DNA from: Treponema sp.
Lineage (GTDB): Bacteria > Spirochaetota > Spirochaetia > Treponematales > Treponemataceae
Direction of reading: 5' to 3'
Assembly (NCBI GenBank): GCA_017622055.1
Contig: JAGARY010000371.1
Span: forward strand, 1-39,067
DNA length: 39,067 nt
How positions within the stretch are numbered: the first letter of the stretch is position 1; the number at the start of each line of letters is the position of its first letter. This document shows positions 9,910-18,840 of this stretch, piece by piece. The notes below the pieces were generated by a model. That model made no database searches. It worked only from the letters and a program-made list of their open reading frames with translations, and was not told the DNA's origin. Position numbers and translations under genes: made by a program.

Positions 9910-10239
9910 TTAAATTTTATCTAAAAAATCATCAATTTGTGAATTTACATCCGCTAAAATGTTCTTTTTTAATTGTTCTGCCAATTCTGTTTTTGTTGGC
10001 TTTTTTATATTAGAATTTGATTTTTCATCTTTATGTTCTTCAAAAAGCGTAATAGGCGGAACGTCTAATCCTTCCGCAATTTTTTCTATGGTAGAAAGTT
10101 TTGGAATATTTCTGTAAGTTTCCATCAAACCAATATAACTTGTAGAAGTGTTACTATATGCCGCAAGTCTTTCTTGAGAAATCCCCTTTTCTTTTCTAAT
10201 TCGTTTAATATTTTCAATTACAGTTTTTTCCAAACTCAT
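9910..10239 (-). CDS. XRE-family helix-turn-helix regulator
   Basis: NIKRIRKEKGISQERLA...YIGLMET...PKLSTIEKIAEGLDV. Confidence 0.92.
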   Translation of the reverse strand: MSLEKTVIENIKRIRKEKGISQERLAAYSNTSTSYIGLMETYRNIPKLSTIEKIAEGLDVPPITLFEEHKDEKSNSNIKKPTKTELAEQLKKNILADVNSQIDDFLDKI

Positions 10240-10357
10240 ACATATATATTATGATATATTTTTTCTTGTAAATGTTTGCGTATCTGATATAATTTTTATA
10301 CTAAAGTTAATACATTTCTAAAAAAAATTGAATTTTTTTTAAATTATTATTCAAACG

Positions 10358-10388
10358 GTCATTAAATGACACAGTCAACATTTATACT
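10358..10388 (+). promoter_or_regulatory. Putative operator GTCATTAAATGACACAGT plus -10 box TATACT (copy 1)
   Basis: Identical 18-mer at 13888; core GTCAT-TAA-ATGAC is an inverted repeat; TATACT lies 7 nt downstream. Confidence 0.65.
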
Positions 10389-10442
10389 ATTTTGATGCAA
10401 ATGATACTAAGGTATCGTCAATCTGATTTTTTGGAGGAATTT

Positions 10443-11693
10443 ATGGCTAATATTTATTCTACTAGCGGCGGTGCATTAAACTATTTAAGAATGATTTCTG
10501 AAAATCTAGAAAACAATCATTTTACCATTTCAAATAGTAAAAATGTTATGTTTGCACTCAATTACTTAAATAGATTTTTTGGCACAACAACAGAAGAAAC
10601 TGTAATTCTTACAGGATTATTATCAACAAAATTTAATTCCGACTTTGATTTTGTAACAATCGCTGATATAGCAAAAAACTTTAATACAACTCCTTTTAGA
10701 ATATTAGAATTCTCTGAAGAAATTGAATCTTTAATAGACAAAAACTTAATCAGATTTCATCAAACAGAACCTACAAATATTAAAGTATATGTAATAAACG
10801 ACAATGTTCTTCAAGCAATTAATAAAAATAATTCTTCTAGAATAACAACAAAATCCGAAATTCAAAAACCTACATCTATGAGATTTATTGAACCTAATAA
10901 AATTAAAGAAACAAAACTTTTTTATTCATCAGAAATTGAAAATGAAATTACTAGATTGGAAGAATCTTTATCTGAAAAAAATTTTATGGAAATTCAAAAT
11001 CGGCTTGAAGAAAAAGGAATGGCAAAAGGAATTACAATTATGCTTCATGGATATTCGGGAACTGGAAAAACAGAAACCGTTTATCAAATTGCTAGAAAAA
11101 CAAACAGACCAATTTTATACGCAGATTTTGGATCTATTATTAGTAAATGGAGTGGAGAAACAGAACAAAACATTTCTGCACTTTTTAAGGAATACAAAGC
11201 CATCTACACTGCATTTACAGAAGAAGATAAAAATGTACCAATACTATTAATTAACGAAGCAGATACATTATTTGGAAAAAGAAGTACTTCCCCAGAAACT
11301 GGATTTTTAATTGCACACAACACACTTCAAAATTTGTTGCTAGATCTTATGGACAGTTTTGACGGAATTATGATTATTACCACAAATATTGCAGAAAATT
11401 TTGACCAAGCATTTGAACGAAGATTTCTGTTCAAAATAAAATTTGAAAAGCCAAATGAAGAAATGCGAAAACTTATGTGGAAATCTAAAATATCTGGAAT
11501 TTCGGAGGAATCTGCTGGAAAATTCGCAAAAAAATACGATTTTTCTGGTGGTCAAATCCAAAATATCGTCAAAAAAATCACTTTAAACGAAATCCTTTCG
11601 GGCCACAAAAACAACGACGACGAAATAGACGACCTCTGCAAAACCGAAAAACTCAACAAACAAGAAAACCACCACATTGGCTTTGGCGGGTAA
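10443..11693 (+). CDS. AAA+ ATPase with N-terminal winged-helix-like region
   Basis: Walker A GYSGTGKT, SKWSGETE pore loop, variant Walker B LLINEAD, TTN sensor 1, DQAFERRF Arg finger, C-terminal IGF; GGAGG RBS before ATG 10443. Confidence 0.92.
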   Translation: MANIYSTSGGALNYLRMISENLENNHFTISNSKNVMFALNYLNRFFGTTTEETVILTGLLSTKFNSDFDFVTIADIAKNFNTTPFRILEFSEEIESLIDKNLIRFHQTEPTNIKVYVINDNVLQAINKNNSSRITTKSEIQKPTSMRFIEPNKIKETKLFYSSEIENEITRLEESLSEKNFMEIQNRLEEKGMAKGITIMLHGYSGTGKTETVYQIARKTNRPILYADFGSIISKWSGETEQNISALFKEYKAIYTAFTEEDKNVPILLINEADTLFGKRSTSPETGFLIAHNTLQNLLLDLMDSFDGIMIITTNIAENFDQAFERRFLFKIKFEKPNEEMRKLMWKSKISGISEESAGKFAKKYDFSGGQIQNIVKKITLNEILSGHKNNDDEIDDLCKTEKLNKQENHHIGFGG

Positions 11694-11804
11694 AAACTTG
11701 CGGATTTGATATAGTGTGATATACTAGGAAAGATATAAAAATGGATTCTACTATCAAAAAAGTTTGATAGAGAAAATAAATGCTATACGAGGAGATATAG
11801 AAAC

Positions 11805-12458
11805 ATGAAATGTACATGTGGAAATGAACTATTAGAAGGTTCAAAATTTTGTAACAACTGTGGGGAGCCAGTTAGAATTAATTGCCCAAACTGCGGAACA
11901 TATTTGCTAGAAAATTCAAAGTTTTGTCATATTTGTGGTGCAGATCTTGAAGAAACTTATGAATTTATTGATAAAGAAACTGGTGCGAAATTTAAATCAA
12001 ATATTTCACCAGATGTAATTAATAATTGTGCAAGTGAAATTTCAACTGGGTTTGATTTTGAAGAATGGTGTGATAATCATATAACAGATATTAATACACG
12101 AAAATTTTTAATGTCAGCGAAAAATAAGGTAGTTTGGATTGGTGATAAAGCCATTCAAATAGGAAAATTTTTATGGTCTATTGTATTGAGATTCCAAGAA
12201 ACATTCAAAGGAGTTATTTCCGCTGCTGTTGTAGGCTTTATTTTTGCACAAATTCCAATTTTAGGAGTTATTTTAGGACCTTTAGTTTTTGCAGTTTTGG
12301 GAACAGCTTGGGGCGTAAAAGGTCTTGCTCAAGATGCAGTAAAAAGCTTGTCTCCTGAAACTAGAGAAAAAATTGAAAGTACAATGCAATCAACTTTTGA
12401 CAAATTAGGATTATCAATTTCAAATAAAGCTGCTCTAGCAATTGAAGCTAACCTGTAA
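11805..12458 (+). CDS. Double zinc-ribbon protein with C-terminal membrane helices
   Basis: CTC..CNNC..CPNC..CHIC; hydrophobic VISAAVVGFIFAQIPILGVILGPLVFAVLG; GAGGAG RBS. Confidence 0.8.
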   Translation: MKCTCGNELLEGSKFCNNCGEPVRINCPNCGTYLLENSKFCHICGADLEETYEFIDKETGAKFKSNISPDVINNCASEISTGFDFEEWCDNHITDINTRKFLMSAKNKVVWIGDKAIQIGKFLWSIVLRFQETFKGVISAAVVGFIFAQIPILGVILGPLVFAVLGTAWGVKGLAQDAVKSLSPETREKIESTMQSTFDKLGLSISNKAALAIEANL

Positions 12459-12469
12459 ATTATACAAAT

Positions 12470-12515
12470 TATGATATACCAAATAGGATTATAAAAAAAT
12501 ATTTGGTATATCATA
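12470..12515. repeat. Perfect 16-bp inverted repeat with 14-nt spacer
   Basis: TATGATATACCAAATA (12470-12485) / TATTTGGTATATCATA (12500-12515). Confidence 0.85.
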
Positions 12516-12531
12516 CAAAAAAGGAGATAAT

Positions 12532-13593
12532 ATGAATAATAATGATTATAATCCAAAAAGACCTATAAAACAAATTGGAAAAGATGCTGACACGTTGAAA
12601 GATGGCAAAAGGGAAGCAGGACTTTATTTGACTATAGGAGGAACTACAGCTCTATGGTTATTAATATCATCTTTAGGAAAAACTTGGTGGTTCTTAATTT
12701 GGCTAGGGGCTAATCCTATTCATATTGCAAATCCCGCATTATTTGGATCTGCAATAGGGATTATTTGTATTGCAACATTATTCACAATAACACGAGTTAT
12801 TTTCTGCCAAAGAAGTATTATCCGCGGACTTGAAAACTATTCTCCTCAGGGTCGTGAGGAATATGCAAGAATTATATTCGGTCAGATTGTTTATTTGATT
12901 AGTAGATTGGATTTACAGGAACAAGAACAATATAGAAATTATCTATTAACACGATTACATAAAATGCTTGGTTTCGATAAAGAAGAAGCTAACAAAATTT
13001 TAGATAATTTTTTTAATAAAAAAATTGAAGAATTAATAGTTGAAATTGAAAAAAAACCTTCAGAAGAATTAGATAGAGATTCTGTTATACTTTTAAAAAT
13101 GAATTCTGTGAAGGAGCTTAATGATATAAAAAATGAAATAATTGGTACAGATAAAAAAACAAAAATAAAAGTAGATAAAATTTTAAAAGAAATAAATCAA
13201 ATTTATCTAAAAGGAATAAAAATAGAAGATATTAATCTCAGTTCAAAAACTCAAGGTTTGAAACTATTATATGTTTTAAAATTATTAACTGATCAATCAG
13301 ATATGTTTGAAGATGCGTCTGAAATAAAAAGAAATTATCTTTATAGTTTAGACATAAAAGATGATTCAATCTCGAAAGAACTTTGTGAGAAAAAACGAGT
13401 AAGAGATTATGAAATAAAATTATATTTAAAAATGCTAACTGTTCCTAATGAGAATAAAGACTTGATATTAAAAGAAGTTAAAGAAGAATTAACTAATGTA
13501 GCAAATCAATATCAAATAAATAAAGAATCTAAAAAAAATAATAATAAACGATATATCGCTAAAACAATAGATAAGCTTAAGAAAATGATTTAA
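12532..13593 (+). CDS. Hypothetical membrane protein with helical (possibly TerB-like) C-terminal region
   Basis: AAGGAG RBS; hydrophobic segments at about aa 30-92; charged helical remainder; the TerB resemblance is a weak inference. Confidence 0.7.
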   Translation: MNNNDYNPKRPIKQIGKDADTLKDGKREAGLYLTIGGTTALWLLISSLGKTWWFLIWLGANPIHIANPALFGSAIGIICIATLFTITRVIFCQRSIIRGLENYSPQGREEYARIIFGQIVYLISRLDLQEQEQYRNYLLTRLHKMLGFDKEEANKILDNFFNKKIEELIVEIEKKPSEELDRDSVILLKMNSVKELNDIKNEIIGTDKKTKIKVDKILKEINQIYLKGIKIEDINLSSKTQGLKLLYVLKLLTDQSDMFEDASEIKRNYLYSLDIKDDSISKELCEKKRVRDYEIKLYLKMLTVPNENKDLILKEVKEELTNVANQYQINKESKKNNNKRYIAKTIDKLKKMI

Positions 13594-13614
13594 CAAAAAG
13601 GAACACCTAAATCC

Positions 13615-13851
13615 ATGCCAAACTACTATTGTGTATATTGCGGAGCTAAATACTCCGCAATCAATTTACTAACATTAAATCTTTGTCCTAGAAATCCAGA
13701 AAATCCTAGGGGAAATCACAAACTCTACGAAGGAAGCGAAAAACCACACTATTTTTGCAAATATTGTGGTGCTAAATATCCTACAATTGGAATGATGACT
13801 CTAAACTTGTGCCACAAAAGTCCGTTGGGAAGACATTCACCAGCTTTATAA
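13615..13851 (+). CDS. Small tandem CCCH zinc-binding protein
   Basis: Two repeats of CxYCGAKY-x6-TLNLC-x7/10-H. Confidence 0.8.
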   Translation: MPNYYCVYCGAKYSAINLLTLNLCPRNPENPRGNHKLYEGSEKPHYFCKYCGAKYPTIGMMTLNLCHKSPLGRHSPAL

Positions 13852-13887
13852 AAAAACTTTAAAAAATTTTAAAATTTTTTTCAAAAT

Positions 13888-13919
13888 GTCATTAAATGAC
13901 ACAGTGTGTGTTGTATATT
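13888..13919 (+). promoter_or_regulatory. Putative operator GTCATTAAATGACACAGT plus -10 box TATATT (copy 2)
   Basis: Exact 18-bp match to 10358-10375; TATATT lies 8 nt downstream. Confidence 0.65.
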
Positions 13920-13947
13920 ATTTTCACAAAAATTTACGGAGGTTTTT

Positions 13948-14436
13948 ATGGAAATTAAACAATTTGTTTCTTTTGAAGAAGCTCAAGCATTCGCAAAAGA
14001 AAATAACAAAAAAGTGTATGTGTTCAAAAAAATCCTTTCGGAAAAAGATGAATGGAATAAGCAAGAAGAAGCTACAGGTCCTTTTGATTTAGGGTTTATT
14101 ACAAATCCTAAAAACGGCCGAGTCAAGGGCTTGAACGAAGTGTCCCTTGACCGGACGTATTACTTAAAAGATTATTCTTTGGGTAAGGCACTTTTGTTAG
14201 AAGATTACAAAAAACAAAAAAAAGTTCTTGAAGAAGCCTATGCGTCCCATGTAATTAATTCAAGACAGTATTGGGCCAAGAAAAAACAAATGGAATACAT
14301 CATCAATGCTGCAGAAAAATTAAATCATGATGTTGTAATTATTCCAGACGAAGGCTTTGCAAAATCTGTAAATCGTTATTCTATGAGTATTACTTTCCGT
14401 AATTACCCATTGTATGTAATTGGTGTTGAAATTTAA
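13948..14436 (+). CDS. Hypothetical protein, paralog A
   Basis: GGAGG RBS before ATG 13948; N- and C-termini similar to the next ORF. Confidence 0.8.
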   Translation: MEIKQFVSFEEAQAFAKENNKKVYVFKKILSEKDEWNKQEEATGPFDLGFITNPKNGRVKGLNEVSLDRTYYLKDYSLGKALLLEDYKKQKKVLEEAYASHVINSRQYWAKKKQMEYIINAAEKLNHDVVIIPDEGFAKSVNRYSMSITFRNYPLYVIGVEI

Positions 14437-14489
14437 GTTTTATTATCGTCACATCTTAATTTTAACAAACAAATAATTCGGAGGAAAAC

Positions 14490-15137
14490 ATGGATATTAA
14501 ACAATTTGGTTCTTTTGAAGAAGCTAAAATTTTTGCAAAAAATAATAACAAAGAAGTTCGTCTTTTCTTAAAAAAAGATGGAGAATCTAACTGGATTCCA
14601 GGTATGACTATGTCAAATCCTATTGATTTAAGAGAATTTTACAATACACATTGGACTTACACAAATTTCCCTGGTTATGATTATGAAAAACCTATTTCTT
14701 ATAATCTTGACACTACAAAAGAATTTAGTAAATTGCATAAAAACACTTTTGAAATTCCAGAAAAAAAATGTTGTAAATGTTGTACATTAAAAAAATTCAT
14801 CTCTACTTACAATAAAAAATTAAAAGAATTTCAAGAAAATCAATTTACGCTAAAATTTCCAGATGATTATGCTTCAATTCCAAAGGGTTTGCCTATTGAA
14901 GAAGTTTTAAAACTTATTCAAAAAAAATCAAAAATAAGAAAAGAACATGATAAAATGCTCGAAAAACAACTCACTCCTCCATTTCTTTCAGATATGGAAT
15001 ATGTTATCAAAGTTGCACAGGAAAATAATGATGATATTGTAATTATGGAAGATAATTGTATGTGGTCTGAAAAAAGATATCACATGACTTATCAATTCTT
15101 TAATTTCACTTTAGCAATTGGAGTAGAAAATAACTAA
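14490..15137 (+). CDS. Hypothetical protein, paralog B
   Basis: GGAGG RBS; MDIKQFGSFEEAKIFAKNNNK versus MEIKQFVSFEEAQAFAKENNK in paralog A. Confidence 0.8.
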   Translation: MDIKQFGSFEEAKIFAKNNNKEVRLFLKKDGESNWIPGMTMSNPIDLREFYNTHWTYTNFPGYDYEKPISYNLDTTKEFSKLHKNTFEIPEKKCCKCCTLKKFISTYNKKLKEFQENQFTLKFPDDYASIPKGLPIEEVLKLIQKKSKIRKEHDKMLEKQLTPPFLSDMEYVIKVAQENNDDIVIMEDNCMWSEKRYHMTYQFFNFTLAIGVENN

Positions 15138-15142
15138 CAAAA

Positions 15143-15161
15143 GGGGCAACTAGTTTGCCCC
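15143..15161. other. Short GC hairpin between paralog B and the ankyrin gene
   Basis: GGGGCAA-ctagt-TTGCCCC; no U-tract on +; short U-run on the minus strand. Confidence 0.45.
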
Positions 15162-15175
15162 AACAAGAGGAAAAA

Positions 15176-16345
15176 ATGAAAGAATCTGATTTTAAAGAAA
15201 TGCTTGATATTTTAATTTATGCTACTGAAAAAGAAAATGTAGAAATAATTAAAGCTCTTTTAAAAGACTTTGATAATTTTACAAATGAAGAAAAAGGTTT
15301 GCTTTTACATGTATTATCATTTTCTCTAACCGATGCAAATTACGAATTTGTTTCAAAAATAATTTTTGAATATTTTCCTATGGATTATTCTGATGAATAT
15401 GGAAATCTTCTTCACTATGCATGTGCTAGTAAAAGCCTTAAAATGGTAAAATATCTTGTTGAAAATGGATTTGATATAAATCAGACTAATTCTTTTGAAA
15501 ACACTCCATTTTTAATAGCATGTACTGATTCTTCTACCGCTGTTTTAAGATATTTAGTTGAAAAAGGAACTGATATTTTTGCAAAAAATATTAATGGTAG
15601 AGGTGCTCTTCATTTCTGTGTAAAAGGGTCTAATATTGAAAACCTAACATATCTTCTTTCTTTAGGATTAGATATTGAAGCTCGTGATAATGATGGTTTT
15701 ACACCATATCTTATTGCAATTTCGTATCAAGAAGATGTAGAAAATGCTTCTAAAATTCTTGAACTATTAAAAGAAGCTGGTGCAGATTTTAACGCAAGAG
15801 ATAATGAAGGAAATACAGATTTGCATCTGACTATGAAAAGAAAATCTGGCATTATTACAGCCTGCCATTTAACTAGAAGAAAAAATAAACTTTTTGCTCC
15901 AAATAACAACGATGAAACTTGTTTAGACCTTGCTTTGGCTCTTTCTGATGATGAAGATTTAATTAATATAACTTTGCAAGACTTAAAAATCTATTTAATC
16001 AAACGGGCGGCTCAAAATCCAAATCCAGCTGCGTTTAAAGCATTATGTATTTCAGGAATAAATCCAAACTGGAATAACCACCATGAAATAACAAGCTTAA
16101 TGTTGACAGCAAAAAATAACACAAATCCTGACATTATTTCTTCGTTAATTCATGAATTCAACTGTAGCACAAACGCAGTTGATATTTATAATAGAAATTT
16201 TTTGCACTATGCGGCTGTAAATAAAGACAAAACTATCTATTATAAATTTTTAGATGAATATAAACATCTGTGTGTAAAAGATGAAGATGGATATACTCCA
16301 CAACATTATTTAGAGCATCCAGAAGATTTTATTCATTTAGTTTAG
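15176..16345 (+). CDS. Ankyrin-repeat protein
   Basis: Repeats GNLLHYAC..VKYLVENGFDIN, TPFLIAC..YLVEKGTDI, GALHFC..GLDIEARDNDGFTP, GADFNARDNEGNTDLH; GAGG RBS. Confidence 0.92.
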   Translation: MKESDFKEMLDILIYATEKENVEIIKALLKDFDNFTNEEKGLLLHVLSFSLTDANYEFVSKIIFEYFPMDYSDEYGNLLHYACASKSLKMVKYLVENGFDINQTNSFENTPFLIACTDSSTAVLRYLVEKGTDIFAKNINGRGALHFCVKGSNIENLTYLLSLGLDIEARDNDGFTPYLIAISYQEDVENASKILELLKEAGADFNARDNEGNTDLHLTMKRKSGIITACHLTRRKNKLFAPNNNDETCLDLALALSDDEDLINITLQDLKIYLIKRAAQNPNPAAFKALCISGINPNWNNHHEITSLMLTAKNNTNPDIISSLIHEFNCSTNAVDIYNRNFLHYAAVNKDKTIYYKFLDEYKHLCVKDEDGYTPQHYLEHPEDFIHLV

Positions 16346-16384
16346 CTATAGAAAAGTTAGCTTATTTTGAAAACTTGAGGTTTT

Positions 16385-17092
16385 ATGGACAATTTTAATT
16401 CAAAAATGGACAAAAAGATTAATGATTTTGTAATAAAAAATCACTTAACTCCAGATGAAAACAAATTTTCTGCAATTACTGATGGACTTGTTCATCCTAA
16501 AACATATTTTGCCAGTAAATATAAAATCTTATGGATTTTAAAAGAACCTTACGATGAAATTGAAATAAGTGAAGAAGGCGGAATTCCTTGTGGCGGCGGT
16601 TGGTCTGCTGCAGGAAATCTTGCCAATTATGATAAAATTTCTGAAAATTACGCAAATAAAACTTATAATCGCATTGCAAATACAACTTATTGTATCTTAA
16701 ACAATCTAAAAAGATTTGAATCTAAAATTTCTGAAGAAGATGCATACAAAATGTTTCTTTCTATTGGAATTATGAATGTTAGCAAAATGCCAAATCTTAC
16801 TTTGTCAGATAATTCGTATATTCAAAAACAATATGAAATTTGGAAACCAATTCTACTTGAACAAATTCAACTTTACAATCCAGACATTTTGATTTTTGGA
16901 AATACCTTTAGTTGCTTTAGAAAAGATATTTTTACAAATGAAGAAATTACTAAACAACAAGTAATAGATCAGCGGGCTTTTTTACGAAACAAAAAATTAT
17001 ACTTAAATTGGTATCATCCATGCTATTTTGCAATGTCTGATTCAGATTACATAAATCCCTTGCTGGATGATATCAATTCTAATTTACTGTAA
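16385..17092 (+). CDS. Hypothetical protein, probable uracil-DNA-glycosylase-like fold
   Basis: KILWILKEP (motif-A position), MNVSKMP, EQIQLYNPDILIFG and WYHP (motif-B position). Confidence 0.6.
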   Translation: MDNFNSKMDKKINDFVIKNHLTPDENKFSAITDGLVHPKTYFASKYKILWILKEPYDEIEISEEGGIPCGGGWSAAGNLANYDKISENYANKTYNRIANTTYCILNNLKRFESKISEEDAYKMFLSIGIMNVSKMPNLTLSDNSYIQKQYEIWKPILLEQIQLYNPDILIFGNTFSCFRKDIFTNEEITKQQVIDQRAFLRNKKLYLNWYHPCYFAMSDSDYINPLLDDINSNLL

Positions 17093-17093
17093 T

Positions 17094-17996
17094 TTAATTT
17101 ATAAAGAACAACGAGAAGAACATATACACACTTCCTGCCAACATAAAAATGTTTCCTACAACGTGCATATATTTGATTTTTCTTAATGAATAGAAAACTA
17201 ATCCTACTAAGTAGAAAACTCCAGACAAAATCAACATTTTAAAACTTTGTGGAGTTAAAACTTCATACAAAGTTTTACAAACAGCTAATCCCGACCATCC
17301 TACTACAAAATAGAAAATAATATTTAATTTTTCAAATTTTGTTCCAAAAACTGCATAAATTACGGCACCAATAATAGATAATCCCCAAACAATTCCAAAT
17401 AACACCCAACCAGTTACATCTTGAATTTTTGTTAAAGTGTACACTGTGTAAGCAAAACCAATAATCAAAAATGATGCAACGTGTGAAAGTCGCTTAAAAA
17501 CTTCTTTTGCTGTTATATTTGTAAGTGCGTGATGCAAAACAGAAAACAAATACATCAAAATCATTGAACTTCCAACTAAAGCATACATTACAGTTGTTAA
17601 AGTTACAAAAGATTCTGCTTTTTCAATTGCTATAGATTCCAAAATTGCTGTAGCGGCAATAAATAATCCAAAACCAAACCCTTGAACAATTGCACTAAAA
17701 ATTTCTTCACCAATTGTAAATTTTCTTAATTTTGAATTAAGTTCAAAAAACTCTTTTTCTTTTTGAATTTTTTGTTCTGCTTTTTTCTTTGCACGTTCTG
17801 TTTTTGCATAGTTTGAAGCAGCATATTTTGCTTTTAATCTTTCTGGATCTTTTGCATATTGAATATTTATTTCTTGAACAGATTTTTCATAGTCATCTTT
17901 TAATTGTGCAATTCTTAATTTTTTCTTCTGTTTTAAAGAAACTAATGTAGATTTTCTAACTGCTTTTGAAGCAATTTCATCTTCTCTTTTTGACAT
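17094..17996 (-). CDS. Hemolysin III (PAQR) family membrane protein with charged N-terminal extension
   Basis: GEEIFS, MYLFSVLHH, F..LSH..SFLIIG..YT and YMHVVG; about 7 TM helices. Confidence 0.85.
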   Translation of the reverse strand: MSKREDEIASKAVRKSTLVSLKQKKKLRIAQLKDDYEKSVQEINIQYAKDPERLKAKYAASNYAKTERAKKKAEQKIQKEKEFFELNSKLRKFTIGEEIFSAIVQGFGFGLFIAATAILESIAIEKAESFVTLTTVMYALVGSSMILMYLFSVLHHALTNITAKEVFKRLSHVASFLIIGFAYTVYTLTKIQDVTGWVLFGIVWGLSIIGAVIYAVFGTKFEKLNIIFYFVVGWSGLAVCKTLYEVLTPQSFKMLILSGVFYLVGLVFYSLRKIKYMHVVGNIFMLAGSVYMFFSLFFIN

Positions 17997-18017
17997 TTTC
18001 TCACCTCAAGAATTAAT

Positions 18018-18818
18018 TTATTTATTTTTTCGTCTAAAAATTTCATATAACAACACACCAGTTGCCACAGAAACATTCAAACTATCAATTTTTCCGCATG
18101 TAGGAATTGAAACAATTGTATCGCATTGTTTTTCTAATAATTGAGAAATTCCTTGCCCTTCACTTCCCATAATCAAAACAGTTTTTTCTGCAAAGTCAAT
18201 TTTTCCGCAAGTTTCTCCGCCTGCATCTGCCCCGTAAACCCAAAATCCCGATTCTTTTAATTTTTCTACAGTTCGTACCAAATTATTTACAATTGCCACT
18301 GGAACCCAAGCCGAAGCTCCTGCGCTACTTCTTGCAATTACATCATTATTTTCAATGTCGTTAGAACTTTTATGCTCTGGAATTACAACAAGAGAAACCC
18401 CAAATTGATCACAACTACGAATAATTGCACCAACATTATGAGGATCTGTAATTTTATCTAATACAACAACTGTAATTGATTTTTTTTCAGATAAGAATGA
18501 TTGTTCTGCTTGTTTTAGCCAAGAATCAAATTCAACATAATTTGCAGATGAATTTTCTTTATTTTGAACATCTTTTTGCAAGACAATTCCACGATGATCT
18601 TGCAAAGCTGCAGGTAAATCCTTTACTAAATCATCAAGTTTTGAATTTTCAACTTGAACAGAACTTACCCCAGCCTCTTTTGCAGTTGCCAAAATCTTTT
18701 TTACCCTTGGTCCAACTTTGCTATAAAAAAGTTTTACATTTTGAGGATTTTTTTTAGATTTTTGAATGGCATTTACGCTTTCTTCAATTGCGTGAAACCC
18801 TGTAACAACTGCTTGCAT
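18018..18818 (-). CDS. rlmB: 23S rRNA (Gm2251) 2'-O-methyltransferase, SpoU/TrmH family
   Basis: LDKITDPHNVGAIIRS, GSEGQG and SLNVSVATGVLLYE motifs. Confidence 0.9.
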   Translation of the reverse strand: MQAVVTGFHAIEESVNAIQKSKKNPQNVKLFYSKVGPRVKKILATAKEAGVSSVQVENSKLDDLVKDLPAALQDHRGIVLQKDVQNKENSSANYVEFDSWLKQAEQSFLSEKKSITVVVLDKITDPHNVGAIIRSCDQFGVSLVVIPEHKSSNDIENNDVIARSSAGASAWVPVAIVNNLVRTVEKLKESGFWVYGADAGGETCGKIDFAEKTVLIMGSEGQGISQLLEKQCDTIVSIPTCGKIDSLNVSVATGVLLYEIFRRKNK

Positions 18819-18840
18819 AGTAAAAAGATTCCTTATTTAC

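Noticed and set aside
9910-17092. Prophage or ICE call for the island
   Set aside because: No integrase, structural, replication or conjugation genes and no flanking direct repeats seen
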